Source: a virus
Strand: one strand, 5' to 3'
IMG/VR virus record: IMGVR_UViG_3300042090_002485
Span: 123,863-187,862 of that record
DNA: 64,000 nt
Positions within the stretch are counted from its first letter, which is position 1. The number at the start of each line of letters is the position of its first letter. The position numbers and the translations under genes were made by a program. Below the pieces are notes generated by a model. It was not told the origin of the DNA and made no database searches. It saw nothing but the letters and a program-made list of their open reading frames with translations. Positions 35,598 through 44,576 of this stretch are shown one piece after another.

Positions 35598-36852
35598 GGG
35601 ACGGCTGCTGGACGCACCGCGTACAGAGGCCGCCACCCTTGTGCGGCCGCGCGGTCTCACCGCATCGCGTGCAGGCGTCGTACTTCCGCGACCAGCGCCC
35701 CTGGGACGCGAGCGTCGGGTTGCCGCGCAGCTTCGCGGCGGCGGACTTGCGGGCGCGCGTCTCGTCGGAATCTTTCGAGCCAAGGCGCGAGGGCTTCGGT
35801 GCAGCGAGGTTGGCGAGGCTGTTCGGGTGCCGAGCGCGACGACCGTCGACGTAGTCGGGCCCGCGCGCAGCGACTTCGGCGGCGCGCAGCTCCCGCGCGC
35901 GCTCGCGCGAGTAGCAACGCTCGCACTGCCCGTGGCCCTTGTGCGGCGAGTCGGTCTGCCCGCACTCGACGCAGTGCGCATGCTCGAGCGACCAGACGCC
36001 CATGGCTTCGCACGAGGTGGACTGGATCGGCGCGCGGCGGCCTTCGGCGTAGGCGCGCTTGAGGCCCTCGGAGATGGCAGTACGTTGTTCGTCGGGGAGG
36101 GGAGCGCCGCGGCGGGCGTCGGCGGAGGCGGCGATGGCACGGGCGTGGACTTCGGGCCCCCAGCCCTTCTTGAGGTTCTCGATGTTGCCTTCGCTGCCCT
36201 GCTTCGCTTCGCTGATCTTGCGCGCGTGCTCAACGTGCTGTTCGTCGGTCCAAGCGTCGTAGGTCGCTTGGATGGCGGCGGTGCGCCGAGCAAGCTCGTC
36301 GGGCGGGACAACACGGCCGAGGGCGTACTGATTACCGCGCATGCGCAGCGACTGGGCGGCGATCCACTCTGGCGGGCGTCGATACCCGAGTGCGTGCTTG
36401 TTCCCGCGCATGCGCTCGGCCGCGGCGACCTTCCACTCGTCGGAGTGGACCGTCCCCGCAGCGTGCTTGTTCCCGCGCATGCGCTCGGCGGCCGCAGCCT
36501 TCCACTCGTCAGTGTGCTTGTGGCCTCGTGCGGCCTGATTCCCGAACGAGAATCCGTCGCCTCCCGCGGTGAGGTTCGTGAGGGGCCAGTCTTCGCGATG
36601 ACCAAGTGCGATCCAGCGGATCTCGGCATCGTTCAACAAATCAGGATCGTCGACGACCTCGAGGATACGAATCTGAGGCGTACAACCCTCAGCGCGAAGT
36701 TGCTTGAGCCAGCGTGCCCGGTACGTATCATCGAGTGCGAGTCGTGATGGCTGCGCGTGTTGCGCGGGACGAATGAGTCCGCGACTCGACTTACCGATGT
36801 ACCGAACCTCCTCGGTACGTGGGTCAACCAGTGCGTAGATCAGATGCTTCAT
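35593..36852 (-). CDS. GIY-YIG homing endonuclease with NUMOD3-like repeats and two C-terminal Zn fingers
   Basis: LIYALVDPRTEEVRYIGKS...R..QH...E...I...LTN; repeats H(T/S)DEWK.AAAERMRGNKHA. Confidence 0.88.
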   Translation of the reverse strand: MKHLIYALVDPRTEEVRYIGKSSRGLIRPAQHAQPSRLALDDTYRARWLKQLRAEGCTPQIRILEVVDDPDLLNDAEIRWIALGHREDWPLTNLTAGGDGFSFGNQAARGHKHTDEWKAAAAERMRGNKHAAGTVHSDEWKVAAAERMRGNKHALGYRRPPEWIAAQSLRMRGNQYALGRVVPPDELARRTAAIQATYDAWTDEQHVEHARKISEAKQGSEGNIENLKKGWGPEVHARAIAASADARRGAPLPDEQRTAISEGLKRAYAEGRRAPIQSTSCEAMGVWSLEHAHCVECGQTDSPHKGHGQCERCYSRERARELRAAEVAARGPDYVDGRRARHPNSLANLAAPKPSRLGSKDSDETRARKSAAAKLRGNPTLASQGRWSRKYDACTRCGETARPHKGGGLCTRCVQQPSL

Positions 36853-36882
36853 GCACCAAATCTACTATCAGTGGACTGTCTA

Positions 36883-36908
36883 TTGGAATCAGTTTCGATT
36901 GATTCCAA
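36883..36908. terminator. AT-rich 9-bp stem hairpin between structural gene and endonuclease
   Basis: TTGGAATCA-gtttcgat-TGATTCCAA. Confidence 0.45.
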
Positions 36909-36923
36909 GAAAGTTCAATGATT

Positions 36924-37799
36924 TCACCCAATTGTGATGGTGGCAGTGTTTTGGAGAGTGTCACCCGAAACCAACGTGGGTGAATTGGGTTCAGCGCTCT
37001 CGAACGGCATCACACCACCTGCAGTCGTGTTCACCGCGCCAAACTGCGCCTCGTTGGTGATCGTCTCAGTACCCGTTGCCGTCCACGTGTGGCTCAGCGT
37101 GTAGGTCGACGCGGCCGCGGTGTGCGCGTAGGTCCCGAGCGCGCGAGTAAAGCCATTGGAGGTCAGCTCACCGTTGAGCGTGGTGTCGGTGTTCGCCGGC
37201 GAGAACACGGTGGCGGAGACCGCCATGTACGGCGCCGGGAACTGGCCACATGTCAGCACGCAATAGCTGCACGTCGCGTTCGGCGTGGTCGCCGCGGCTC
37301 CGGTACCGGGGTTGTACCACTGGTCGATCGTGAGCACGGTGCCGCTGTTCGACACGATGACGCCGAACGCGATCGAGCCGGCACCCGAGCTGTTCGGGCC
37401 CGCGAACACCACCGAGCCCGCGAGTGCCTGGCCAGCGGTCGGGAACGACGCGCCCGAGTTGGTCAGCGTCGTGCCCGTGGTCGCCGTCGCGTTGCCCGAC
37501 GCGCTCGCGCCATAGAACATGTTCGGCCCGCCGCCAAGCGCCTTGCTCTCCCAGTCGCGACGATTGGTGTAGCCCGACGCCGCATCGGTGGTCAGGTTCG
37601 TGCGCCAGCCGACGTCACGATACTTGAGCCGGCCGCGCCGATCGCGGATCTCGAGGTGCCAGTGCGAGTGCGTCGCCGGCGCCTCCTTGCGCCGCGCGCG
37701 TGCGCGCGAGGCCTGCAAGACGGTGTGGCGTTTGGTACGCCCGCCGCCGACGGCGGGCGCAGTGTAGAGGATCTTGGCGGCAGAACCGGTGCGCGACAT
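36924..37799 (-). CDS. probable virion structural protein
   Basis: 291 aa Thr/Gly/Ala-rich; ELTSNGFTRALGTYAHTAAAST...HTWTATG. Confidence 0.75.
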   Translation of the reverse strand: MSRTGSAAKILYTAPAVGGGRTKRHTVLQASRARARRKEAPATHSHWHLEIRDRRGRLKYRDVGWRTNLTTDAASGYTNRRDWESKALGGGPNMFYGASASGNATATTGTTLTNSGASFPTAGQALAGSVVFAGPNSSGAGSIAFGVIVSNSGTVLTIDQWYNPGTGAAATTPNATCSYCVLTCGQFPAPYMAVSATVFSPANTDTTLNGELTSNGFTRALGTYAHTAAASTYTLSHTWTATGTETITNEAQFGAVNTTAGGVMPFESAEPNSPTLVSGDTLQNTATITIG

Positions 37800-37802
37800 C
37801 GC

Positions 37803-38309
37803 TCAGGCTCCCTTCTTGACGGCGGCAGCGTGCTGCATCGTGATGGCCGCGACGAGATCGCAGGGCTCGAGGTAACGCGCCAGCGCGGCTTCGGCCTCGG
37901 GCCCGGTAACGCTGCGCGCCTCGAGGCAGCTCTTGAGCAGCTCGGGCACGGGACCCGAGTCGGAGACCTCGACAGCCTTGTGGGTCTTGCCACCGACGGT
38001 GACTTCGCAGACGTGGCGGCGCGCGACGTGGTGCTGGGCCGACTGCCCGAGCAGATACATCACCGCGTCCTGGCGCGACAGCTCTGCGCCGACCGCGGTG
38101 CGCCCCGCGATGTAGTCGCAGAGCTGCACCTCAGTGATGCAGGTGTCGTGATGCGAAGGTTGCGTCTTCTCGACGCGGATCGCCCATCGACCATCGGCGA
38201 GCTTCTTGGCGCGCTTCTGGTCGACGTCCTTCTGCGTGATCTGCACGCCCGGGTGCAGTTCCGCGGGCTCCCAATCGAAGAAGCCCTTGACGCCGAACGT
38301 GATGACCAT
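37803..38309 (-). CDS. hypothetical protein
   Basis: 168 aa from ATG 38309; TATAAT (38316-38321) 6 nt upstream. Confidence 0.7.
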   Translation of the reverse strand: MVITFGVKGFFDWEPAELHPGVQITQKDVDQKRAKKLADGRWAIRVEKTQPSHHDTCITEVQLCDYIAGRTAVGAELSRQDAVMYLLGQSAQHHVARRHVCEVTVGGKTHKAVEVSDSGPVPELLKSCLEARSVTGPEAEAALARYLEPCDLVAAITMQHAAAVKKGA

Positions 38310-38354
38310 GCCGGAATTATAGGAAGCGGGTCGCAGAACCCCTTGGAGGCCCAG

Positions 38355-38597
38355 ATGAAGCTCAACGACGCCCGCGCAGCCTTCGACGCCCGCCCATGTC
38401 GTGTGACAGCTGCGCAGTTCCGCCGCGCAGCGCGGCAGGCCTACGCAAATGACGGCCTGACCGATGACCAGGTGCTGATGGTCTTCGAAGAGACTGAAGA
38501 CTACGTTCGCCCGAGCGCGTGGTGGTTGCGCCTGGTCGACTACGGTGCTGACACGGTCACGTCTCCGTCCATCCGAGCACAACACCACCCGCGCTGA
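38355..38597 (+). CDS. small hypothetical protein opposite to the block
   Basis: GGAGG SD, 80 aa, fills the gap between two - strand genes. Confidence 0.6.
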   Translation: MKLNDARAAFDARPCRVTAAQFRRAARQAYANDGLTDDQVLMVFEETEDYVRPSAWWLRLVDYGADTVTSPSIRAQHHPR

Positions 38598-39078
38598 TAG
38601 CGATCCCCATCGACGGCGGCGCGCCGGCCGCGATGGTCGCGTGAAGCACCAAGAAGTCGCCCGCGTCGAAGTCGTAGCCCCGGTAGGGCGCTCCTGACGT
38701 GCTTGAGTCGAGCGACTTGGGTCGTGCTGCCCAGAACTGGCCAAACGGCACGCAGCCCGTCTCGTCAGCAGGGACCGCCGGCGCGGCGTACTCCCACGAC
38801 GCGGGGTTCACCGAGCGCACCCAGATGTTCGATAGGACGCCTTGGCGGTACGCGACGAGATTGAACAACGTGTTGTCGGGACCCGGCCTGCCGACGTGGA
38901 TACGCAACCACTTCTCAAACGACCTGCGTATCGTCTTGCGAGAGGACAAGAGCGGGTACGACGCGTCGACGATAGGATCGTCGTGGAACTTGAAACGTAG
39001 TTCAGAGCTGGTCTTGTCCGTCTGGGTCGGAGAACCCACCGGACCATTCCACTCCATCAGCTTGATGACTGCGCTCAC
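38557..39078 (-). CDS. probable structural/baseplate-region protein
   Basis: GTGA overlap with the upstream gene; 173 aa. Confidence 0.65.
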   Translation of the reverse strand: MSAVIKLMEWNGPVGSPTQTDKTSSELRFKFHDDPIVDASYPLLSSRKTIRRSFEKWLRIHVGRPGPDNTLFNLVAYRQGVLSNIWVRSVNPASWEYAAPAVPADETGCVPFGQFWAARPKSLDSSTSGAPYRGYDFDAGDFLVLHATIAAGAPPSMGIAISAGGVVLGWTET

Positions 39079-39752
39079 GCAAAAAACGGCGTTGAGACGT
39101 CCGGTCCGTATTCGTAGGGCTTGCAGTAGTACGCCACGTATGTGAACCCGGTCGGCACCAGCACGGGTGCGGTCCAAGCTCCACCTCGTGTGGTAGTCGT
39201 CGTCCCAACTGGGGACGATAGGTTGCCTGCTTGATAGTCGCTGAGCAGATAGACGCGGACCTGCGCATTGTCGATGCCACACCCGCCCGGGGTCTGGTAG
39301 AGCAATGAGCCGTGCAGCGGATAGTCCTGGTTGACCGCGACGGTCGACGGGAACACCGGTGGTGCCGGTGCTGCACTGCCCCCAGCGTTGACGTCGACCG
39401 GCGTCCAGTTCACCGGCAGCAGCACTTCGCCATCGGCGAGCGTCAACTGCAACTGCCAGAAGTAGAGCGTGCCGATGGTCAGCGTGTTGGTGTCAGCGAC
39501 GAGGAAGTTGACGGTGACGGTCGACCGGAACACGTCGATGGTGACGTGCGTCGGGTCGGCGCTGGTGAACACCAGCGTGTCGCTGTCGACGTTGGGGTCG
39601 AGGCGGACAAGCACCTGCGCGATGGCGCCCTGCAGCTTGTAGCGGGACAGCGGATAGCCGTAGCGGTCGGTGAGGTCGACGGTGAAGCTCGACGACGTCC
39701 CCGGGACGAGGGAGAGGGTGTTCGACGGCGGGGGTGGGGCAGGGGCGACCAC
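39075..39752 (-). CDS. BppU-like baseplate/Ig-like structural protein
   Basis: GTSSSFTVDLTD..G.PL..Y...LYFWQLQLTLADG; TATACT 6 nt before GTG. Confidence 0.65.
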   Translation of the reverse strand: MVAPAPPPPSNTLSLVPGTSSSFTVDLTDRYGYPLSRYKLQGAIAQVLVRLDPNVDSDTLVFTSADPTHVTIDVFRSTVTVNFLVADTNTLTIGTLYFWQLQLTLADGEVLLPVNWTPVDVNAGGSAAPAPPVFPSTVAVNQDYPLHGSLLYQTPGGCGIDNAQVRVYLLSDYQAGNLSSPVGTTTTTRGGAWTAPVLVPTGFTYVAYYCKPYEYGPDVSTPFFA

Positions 39753-39828
39753 GGGTGAAGTATAGGAGCCGTGTGCTAGCGCAGCCTCGTTCGCGGCGAT
39801 CGGCGCCCGCGTGGGTGCTTAGTGTTGC

Positions 39829-40044
39829 TCACGTGTCGTACCTGAAGCAGTCCTCGCCCGCGCGCGGCAGTCGCAGCGTCGAGTCGGCGTCCATCTGGAT
39901 CTTCTTGTCCGCCCACAAGTTGTAGATCGCGTCCTCGGCGCTGCGCAGCGGCATGCCCGTCTTGAAGGCGTAGGCGCGCCAGCGCAGGCCGGGCTCGGAG
40001 GCGATGGCGGCGAGCAGGCGTTCTTCGTCGGATGCGGGGATCAC
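39829..40044 (-). CDS. small probable winged-helix protein
   Basis: LLAAIASEPGLRWRAYA...AIYNLWADKKI. Confidence 0.55.
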   Translation of the reverse strand: MIPASDEERLLAAIASEPGLRWRAYAFKTGMPLRSAEDAIYNLWADKKIQMDADSTLRLPRAGEDCFRYDT

Positions 40045-41126
40045 GGTGCGTGTACCTCAACAGCGGGCGATGTCAGCGGCGGCGCAGCGAACCCACGCTC
40101 GCGGATGTGCTGCGCGCGGCGGTAGATGCTGGTCTTGGTGCGGCCGGGGAGCTTAGCGAGCAGCACCGGCCAATCGGCGGTGCCACGCGGCACCGGCACC
40201 CGCCCGGGCCCGACGCCGAGCATGTCCGCGATGGTCTGGTCCTCGAGCGGAGACCAGGGAATGGCGGAGCTACGCAGGCGCTCGAGCAGCGCGGCGGCTT
40301 CTTCGTAGGTGGCGGGCGGGGGCCGCGGTGCGGCGCGACGACGCCCGCCCACGGGCGGGAGGCGCGGCTTCTCCCCGAGGGCGCGCTTCATGTACGCCTT
40401 AAGCTGCGTCTGCGGCACGAAGCCGGCGACGAGGAACTCGCGGAGCGTGATCTTGTTGAGGGCGCAGAGGCGCTGCTGCACGGCGGCGCGGGTGCGCTGC
40501 CCGCCCAGCGCGGCGAAGACTAGCTCCCACTGCTCGGGGGACAACGGGACGTGCTTGCCCTTGTGCTCGCCGAACGTGTGCATGCCGAACCAGCGGCGCA
40601 GGACGTTGTCCTCGGCGGCAGTCCATGCCGGGCCGCGCTGGCCATCGTGGTTCGCCGGGTCGTAGGGCGGACGCGGGCGCGGCGGGACGATGAGGGCGCG
40701 GTCGGCCTCGGCGCGGAGCAAGAAGTTGTACATCGCGTTCAGGAACGCGGGGTGCTTGAGGGTGGCGCACTCCCTGAACACGCGGACAGCCTCGACGTGG
40801 TGGAATAGGTGGGGCGGGGTGTCCGTCGGGGCGTGGTGGCGGGGAAGAAGGCGGCGTGGCTTGCCGCGGGTGCCGACGCGGGTCCTGGAGGCGTTGAGCA
40901 GGGCTTCGTAGGAGGGACGGATGTCGGGGACGATGCCCGCCCGGAACTCGTTCAGGAAGACGCCTGGGGGCAGCGTGGTGATCCAGGAGCCGTGTCGACG
41001 GCGGGCGACGAGAGGGAACGACGGTTCGACGCCCTGTTCCTTGAAGACCTGCTCGAGGTCGACACGGTCGTAGTTGTCTGCATAGACGAGAGGTAGGAAG
41101 TTGTAGGGAAACCACGTATGCTTCAC
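40041..41126 (-). CDS. protein with two Myb/SANT-like DNA-binding repeats
   Basis: WTAAEDNVL...W...GQRTRAAVQQR and WSPLEDQTI...W...LPGRTKTSIYRR. Confidence 0.65.
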   Translation of the reverse strand: MKHTWFPYNFLPLVYADNYDRVDLEQVFKEQGVEPSFPLVARRRHGSWITTLPPGVFLNEFRAGIVPDIRPSYEALLNASRTRVGTRGKPRRLLPRHHAPTDTPPHLFHHVEAVRVFRECATLKHPAFLNAMYNFLLRAEADRALIVPPRPRPPYDPANHDGQRGPAWTAAEDNVLRRWFGMHTFGEHKGKHVPLSPEQWELVFAALGGQRTRAAVQQRLCALNKITLREFLVAGFVPQTQLKAYMKRALGEKPRLPPVGGRRRAAPRPPPATYEEAAALLERLRSSAIPWSPLEDQTIADMLGVGPGRVPVPRGTADWPVLLAKLPGRTKTSIYRRAQHIRERGFAAPPLTSPAVEVHAP

Positions 41127-41580
41127 GGAGGATCATCTTAAAACACCGTAGTGGCACCTGACAAGTGACAGCTTGACTCTAAAACGTAGCCTTAGATACG
41201 TTAGTGTAACTGTTCAAAAACAAAAACAAAATGACATGAAGATCTCGGGAATCACAAGGGATGAGCTTACCTTAGAAATTCACCTTTGCATTTTTCGCGA
41301 TCGTAAAAACCTGCAGAATCTGCAGCCCGTTTTGCCCCATTCAGACATTCAACTACATGTGGTTGAATGTACGTCCTCACTCTCCCCCTACACGCGAATT
41401 TCTAAGGTGAGTCCATCCCTCGCGATTCCCGCAAAGAAAAGCGTCCCTCCCCCGACCCCCTCCTAGAAGAAGAACCATAGATCTCTGGATATAGTATAGG
41501 TAGGAGGAGGAGGGGAGCGGGGGCCGCGGCGGGTTCTCTGATGCAAAGATCGGCCGTCACGCAGCAGGAGCGAATTTCGT
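41127..41580. promoter_or_regulatory. AT-rich divergent intergenic island (candidate control region/origin)
   Basis: markedly lower GC, CAAAAA repeats, palindrome 41345-41370, TTGACT...TACGTT promoter-like pair. Confidence 0.5.
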
Positions 41581-42144
41581 ATGGAGACAAGACCTCGACT
41601 TGGGCGTCATCCGAACTACGTGTCGGGTCTCGCACCGACACCCGATGCGCTGAAGCCCTACATCGACTGTGAGCTGGTGCATGGGCACTGGTTCTTCTTG
41701 GATCGGAAGCCGACGCGCCGTCATGACGCGACCGGTCAAGCCATGATCCGCGTGCGGCAGTTCCCCCTCGACGCGGGCGTGTTCAACGTCGCCCGCGTGC
41801 TCCTCGAGCACCGCCACGGCGAGCTGCCGCCCCGCACGGCCGTCTACTCCACGTGCGGGCTACCGCAGTGCATCAACCCCGACCACTGGGCGTTCGCGTG
41901 GCCCGCGCCGCGCTATCGCCTCGATGCCGTCCCCGTCGCCGACGGCAGTGTATGGCGGCTAGTCGTGCAGAAGACTGGCGCGGTCCTCGATCGCGCCGCC
42001 GCCGTGCTGCTCGAGATCGACGGCGTCGTCCACCGCGTCGACGCGCTGCCCGAGCGCCCGCTCGCCGCCGCCTGTGGCACCGTGGTCGACCCGCTTCATG
42101 CTTCCGTGGTCACGCGCGCAGTCTCTTGCCAGGGGTGTCGCTGA
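41581..42144 (+). CDS. degenerate HNH (His-Me finger) domain fused to a TCxxC-family module
   Basis: HWFF...STCGLPQCINPDH then IDGVVH..ACG..VSCQGC. Confidence 0.7.
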   Translation: METRPRLGRHPNYVSGLAPTPDALKPYIDCELVHGHWFFLDRKPTRRHDATGQAMIRVRQFPLDAGVFNVARVLLEHRHGELPPRTAVYSTCGLPQCINPDHWAFAWPAPRYRLDAVPVADGSVWRLVVQKTGAVLDRAAAVLLEIDGVVHRVDALPERPLAAACGTVVDPLHASVVTRAVSCQGCR

Positions 42145-42725
42145 TGGGGGTCCTGGCGCGCCACCACGGCCATGGTGGGAAGTTGTTGCCGCCGCGCAAC
42201 CTCGTCGAGCCTCTCATCGATCGCGGCCCTCACGTCGGCGAGCACTGGTACTGGCTCGGCGAGTTCGATGGCGGGCCGTTCGAGTCGCAGGCCGAGATTC
42301 GCTGGCAGCCGCCGCGTGAGAAGTTTGCGCGGAGCTTTTGCGTCACACGTTTGTTGTGGGGATGGGACCGTGCCTCGGGCATGGGCATGATCGACGTCAA
42401 GCGGCTGACGCTCCGCAACACGTGCGGCGTGCCTGCGTGCGTCAACCCCACGCACTGGGAGGCTCGTCAACGCAAGGACGTCGCGCCTGCCGGACCGCTC
42501 CGTTCGCAGTTGCCTTTGGACAGCGGCGCGTACGTCTCGTGCTTCTCGGGGTCGCGTTACAGCCGCGACGCGACGCTCACGCACATCGCGCGCGAGGAGT
42601 CCACGCACTCGGTGTGCGGCCGCGCCAAGCAGGTGACGGCGCCACGTGCGACGGTCATCGTGACGTGCGTCGAGTGCCAGAAGACGTGGCTCGCGCTCGG
42701 CAAGACGCTGGAGCCGGCGCTGTGA
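42144..42725 (+). CDS. degenerate HNH domain fused to a TCxxC-family module
   Basis: HWYWLG...NTCGVPACVNPTH then ATLTH..VCG..VTCVEC. Confidence 0.7.
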   Translation: MGVLARHHGHGGKLLPPRNLVEPLIDRGPHVGEHWYWLGEFDGGPFESQAEIRWQPPREKFARSFCVTRLLWGWDRASGMGMIDVKRLTLRNTCGVPACVNPTHWEARQRKDVAPAGPLRSQLPLDSGAYVSCFSGSRYSRDATLTHIAREESTHSVCGRAKQVTAPRATVIVTCVECQKTWLALGKTLEPAL

Positions 42726-43003
42726 GAGGAGGATTACGGCCTGGTCGTGTGCGTTACAACGACGGGCAGCGCAGCGTCGTCGTGCACCTGGTGACGTTCG
42801 TCTGCGTCCAACGTCTCGACACCCCAGGTATCGTGCACGCAGCGGTCTGTGTTACCGGTGCACGCTGGAGCAACGGGACCGACCGTCACATATGGCATCT
42901 AAGATGTGTGCTTCATACGGTGTATGACCGCTGGAGCATCATCGACGTACCAGGCCCCGTCACGTGCGTGCGATGCATCAGCACCAGCTCGCCGTGGCCA
43001 TGA
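42722..43003 (+). CDS. TCxxC-family small Zn-finger-like protein
   Basis: TPGIVH...RC...VTCVRCI. Confidence 0.8.
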   Translation: MRGGLRPGRVRYNDGQRSVVVHLVTFVCVQRLDTPGIVHAAVCVTGARWSNGTDRHIWHLRCVLHTVYDRWSIIDVPGPVTCVRCISTSSPWP

Positions 43004-43239
43004 TCCAAGGGGATTCGATGCGAGCCGTACAAACGATCCGTCGCTGCGAGCTGATTGATGCTCCAGGAGTTGTCCACGTCTCGTACTATCTCGAACAACA
43101 ACGAGGTATCGAACCCGTACGACGTACGTACTGGCTGGCATGTGCTCCGACCGTGCCGCATCGTCCGCACAACGTCCGACGCAACTATCGAACCGTGACC
43201 TGCGTGCTGTGCATCGTCAGCGGACAGGCGACGCGCTGA
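43000..43239 (+). CDS. TCxxC-family small Zn-finger-like protein
   Basis: DAPGVVH...AC...VTCVLCI. Confidence 0.8.
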   Translation: MIQGDSMRAVQTIRRCELIDAPGVVHVSYYLEQQRGIEPVRRTYWLACAPTVPHRPHNVRRNYRTVTCVLCIVSGQATR

Positions 43240-43487
43240 TGGGGTCTACACCGTCAACGCCTGGCCTCTCTTACGTCCGGTTGTGGGGTTGCACGATCAC
43301 GCACCTGCTGTGGACCGTGTGGACGTCGCGGTCAGACAAACCAGGGTACGAGCTGACGCATCGCATTTACTGCAACGACTACGACGGCCGCATCTCGTCG
43401 GGTGCCTTCGAGCCTATCCTGGGGCCGTCGACGTGCGTGTTGTGCTTGGCGAAGCAGGGCAAGGTCGGCCAGATCGGTCCGCTGTGA
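43239..43487 (+). CDS. TCxxC-family small Zn-finger-like protein
   Basis: CTITH...YC...STCVLCLA. Confidence 0.8.
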   Translation: MGSTPSTPGLSYVRLWGCTITHLLWTVWTSRSDKPGYELTHRIYCNDYDGRISSGAFEPILGPSTCVLCLAKQGKVGQIGPL

Positions 43488-43711
43488 GCACACGCGTGCG
43501 TGTCCGCGACATGGATCGCCAACTCGGCCTTGTTGTCCATGTTGTCTATGATCATCACCCTGCTGAAGGGCATGATGGGCCTACTACAACGTTGACCTGT
43601 GCGCCTATTATGCATTGGGATGACATCGATACGGTCGCGACCAACGACGCCATCACGTGCGTGCGTTGCCTTGCCAAGGAGATCCACGATGGCCGCCTTC
43701 CCAAAGCCTAG
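43484..43711 (+). CDS. TCxxC-family small Zn-finger-like protein
   Basis: GLVVH...TC...ITCVRCLA. Confidence 0.8.
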   Translation: MSTRVRVRDMDRQLGLVVHVVYDHHPAEGHDGPTTTLTCAPIMHWDDIDTVATNDAITCVRCLAKEIHDGRLPKA

Positions 43712-43928
43712 TCGTTGGTGCGCCGTCTACACGCCACGTGACCAGCTCGTGCATGCAGTGATAGCCGTTTCCTCAGAGGGTGCGCTTGTTTGGTTTTGTC
43801 CTGCTCACTGGCACGGCAAGGACAGCCGGAAGTTCGTGCTTCTCTCGAAGGTCAACTGCGTCGTGTGCTTGTCCGTGTACACGCTGCATCCACAAGGAGA
43901 AACGTCGCTATGCCACTACGTGGAGTGA
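43689..43928 (+). CDS. TCxxC-family small Zn-finger-like protein
   Basis: RDQLVH...FC...VNCVVCL. Confidence 0.8.
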   Translation: MAAFPKPSRWCAVYTPRDQLVHAVIAVSSEGALVWFCPAHWHGKDSRKFVLLSKVNCVVCLSVYTLHPQGETSLCHYVE

Positions 43929-44137
43929 CTCTCACGCGACAACGGTTTCGCAGCTTCCCAGATACGCACGACAACCTTGTGCATGTGTTTCGCGCCGTCG
44001 AACACACGCCGTCTTTTCGTTCGTACGCGCTGCTGTGTCATCCGCTCGCGCCGTGGTACCAGGAACATGAACTGGCGTTGACTGAGGAGCCCATCGATTG
44101 CGTGAGGTGCTTGGCCCATGGGGCGCTGCCGCCGTGA
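43925..44137 (+). CDS. TCxxC-family small Zn-finger-like protein
   Basis: HDNLVH...LC...IDCVRCLA. Confidence 0.8.
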   Translation: MTLTRQRFRSFPDTHDNLVHVFRAVEHTPSFRSYALLCHPLAPWYQEHELALTEEPIDCVRCLAHGALPP

Positions 44138-44358
44138 CACGCGTTAACGTTAGCAATCGTCGCTTGCTGACGAAGAAAGGCAACCGCGAGCTGGTGCACC
44201 GTGCGATGGACACCGTCAACGAGAACCACGACCTGACCTACACCTTCGTGTGCATGCCGAACCTCGACTACAGCTGGTCCGAGGTTTCGAGCATGACCTT
44301 CGCGCCGGTCAACTGTGTGTGCTGCTTAGCGTCGCCGGCGTACAAGGTGTCGTCGTGA
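44134..44358 (+). CDS. TCxxC-family small Zn-finger-like protein
   Basis: RELVH...VC...VNCVCCLA. Confidence 0.8.
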   Translation: MTRVNVSNRRLLTKKGNRELVHRAMDTVNENHDLTYTFVCMPNLDYSWSEVSSMTFAPVNCVCCLASPAYKVSS

Positions 44359-44576
44359 TCACGTACCGACGCATCATCGCGAAGGTTCGCCATGGCGCTG
44401 CTGAGACGCAGCTCGTCCATGGCTTCACGGTTTACATACACGGAAACGGGCGGCAGTTCCTCAGCAAGTGGTGCGGCCCCGAGGTCTTCAACTACAGCGA
44501 GGACGAAGTGTCGCCGTCGCAACCGCAGCTGACGTGCGTGGCCTGCATCGCGTACGAGATCGAGCACGCGCCATGA
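44355..44576 (+). CDS. TCxxC-family small Zn-finger-like protein
   Basis: YRRIIA...TQLVH...WCG...LTCVACIA. Confidence 0.8.
   Translation: MITYRRIIAKVRHGAAETQLVHGFTVYIHGNGRQFLSKWCGPEVFNYSEDEVSPSQPQLTCVACIAYEIEHAP

Noticed and set aside
35586-38597. ORFs 35586-36629 (-), 35641-36747 (+) and most of 37089-38597 (+)
   Set aside because: Alternative frames of the GIY-YIG and structural genes; only 38355-38597 is retained.
41173-41466. 97-aa ORF in the AT-rich island
   Set aside because: TTG start, no SD, codon usage unlike the genome; more likely non-coding.
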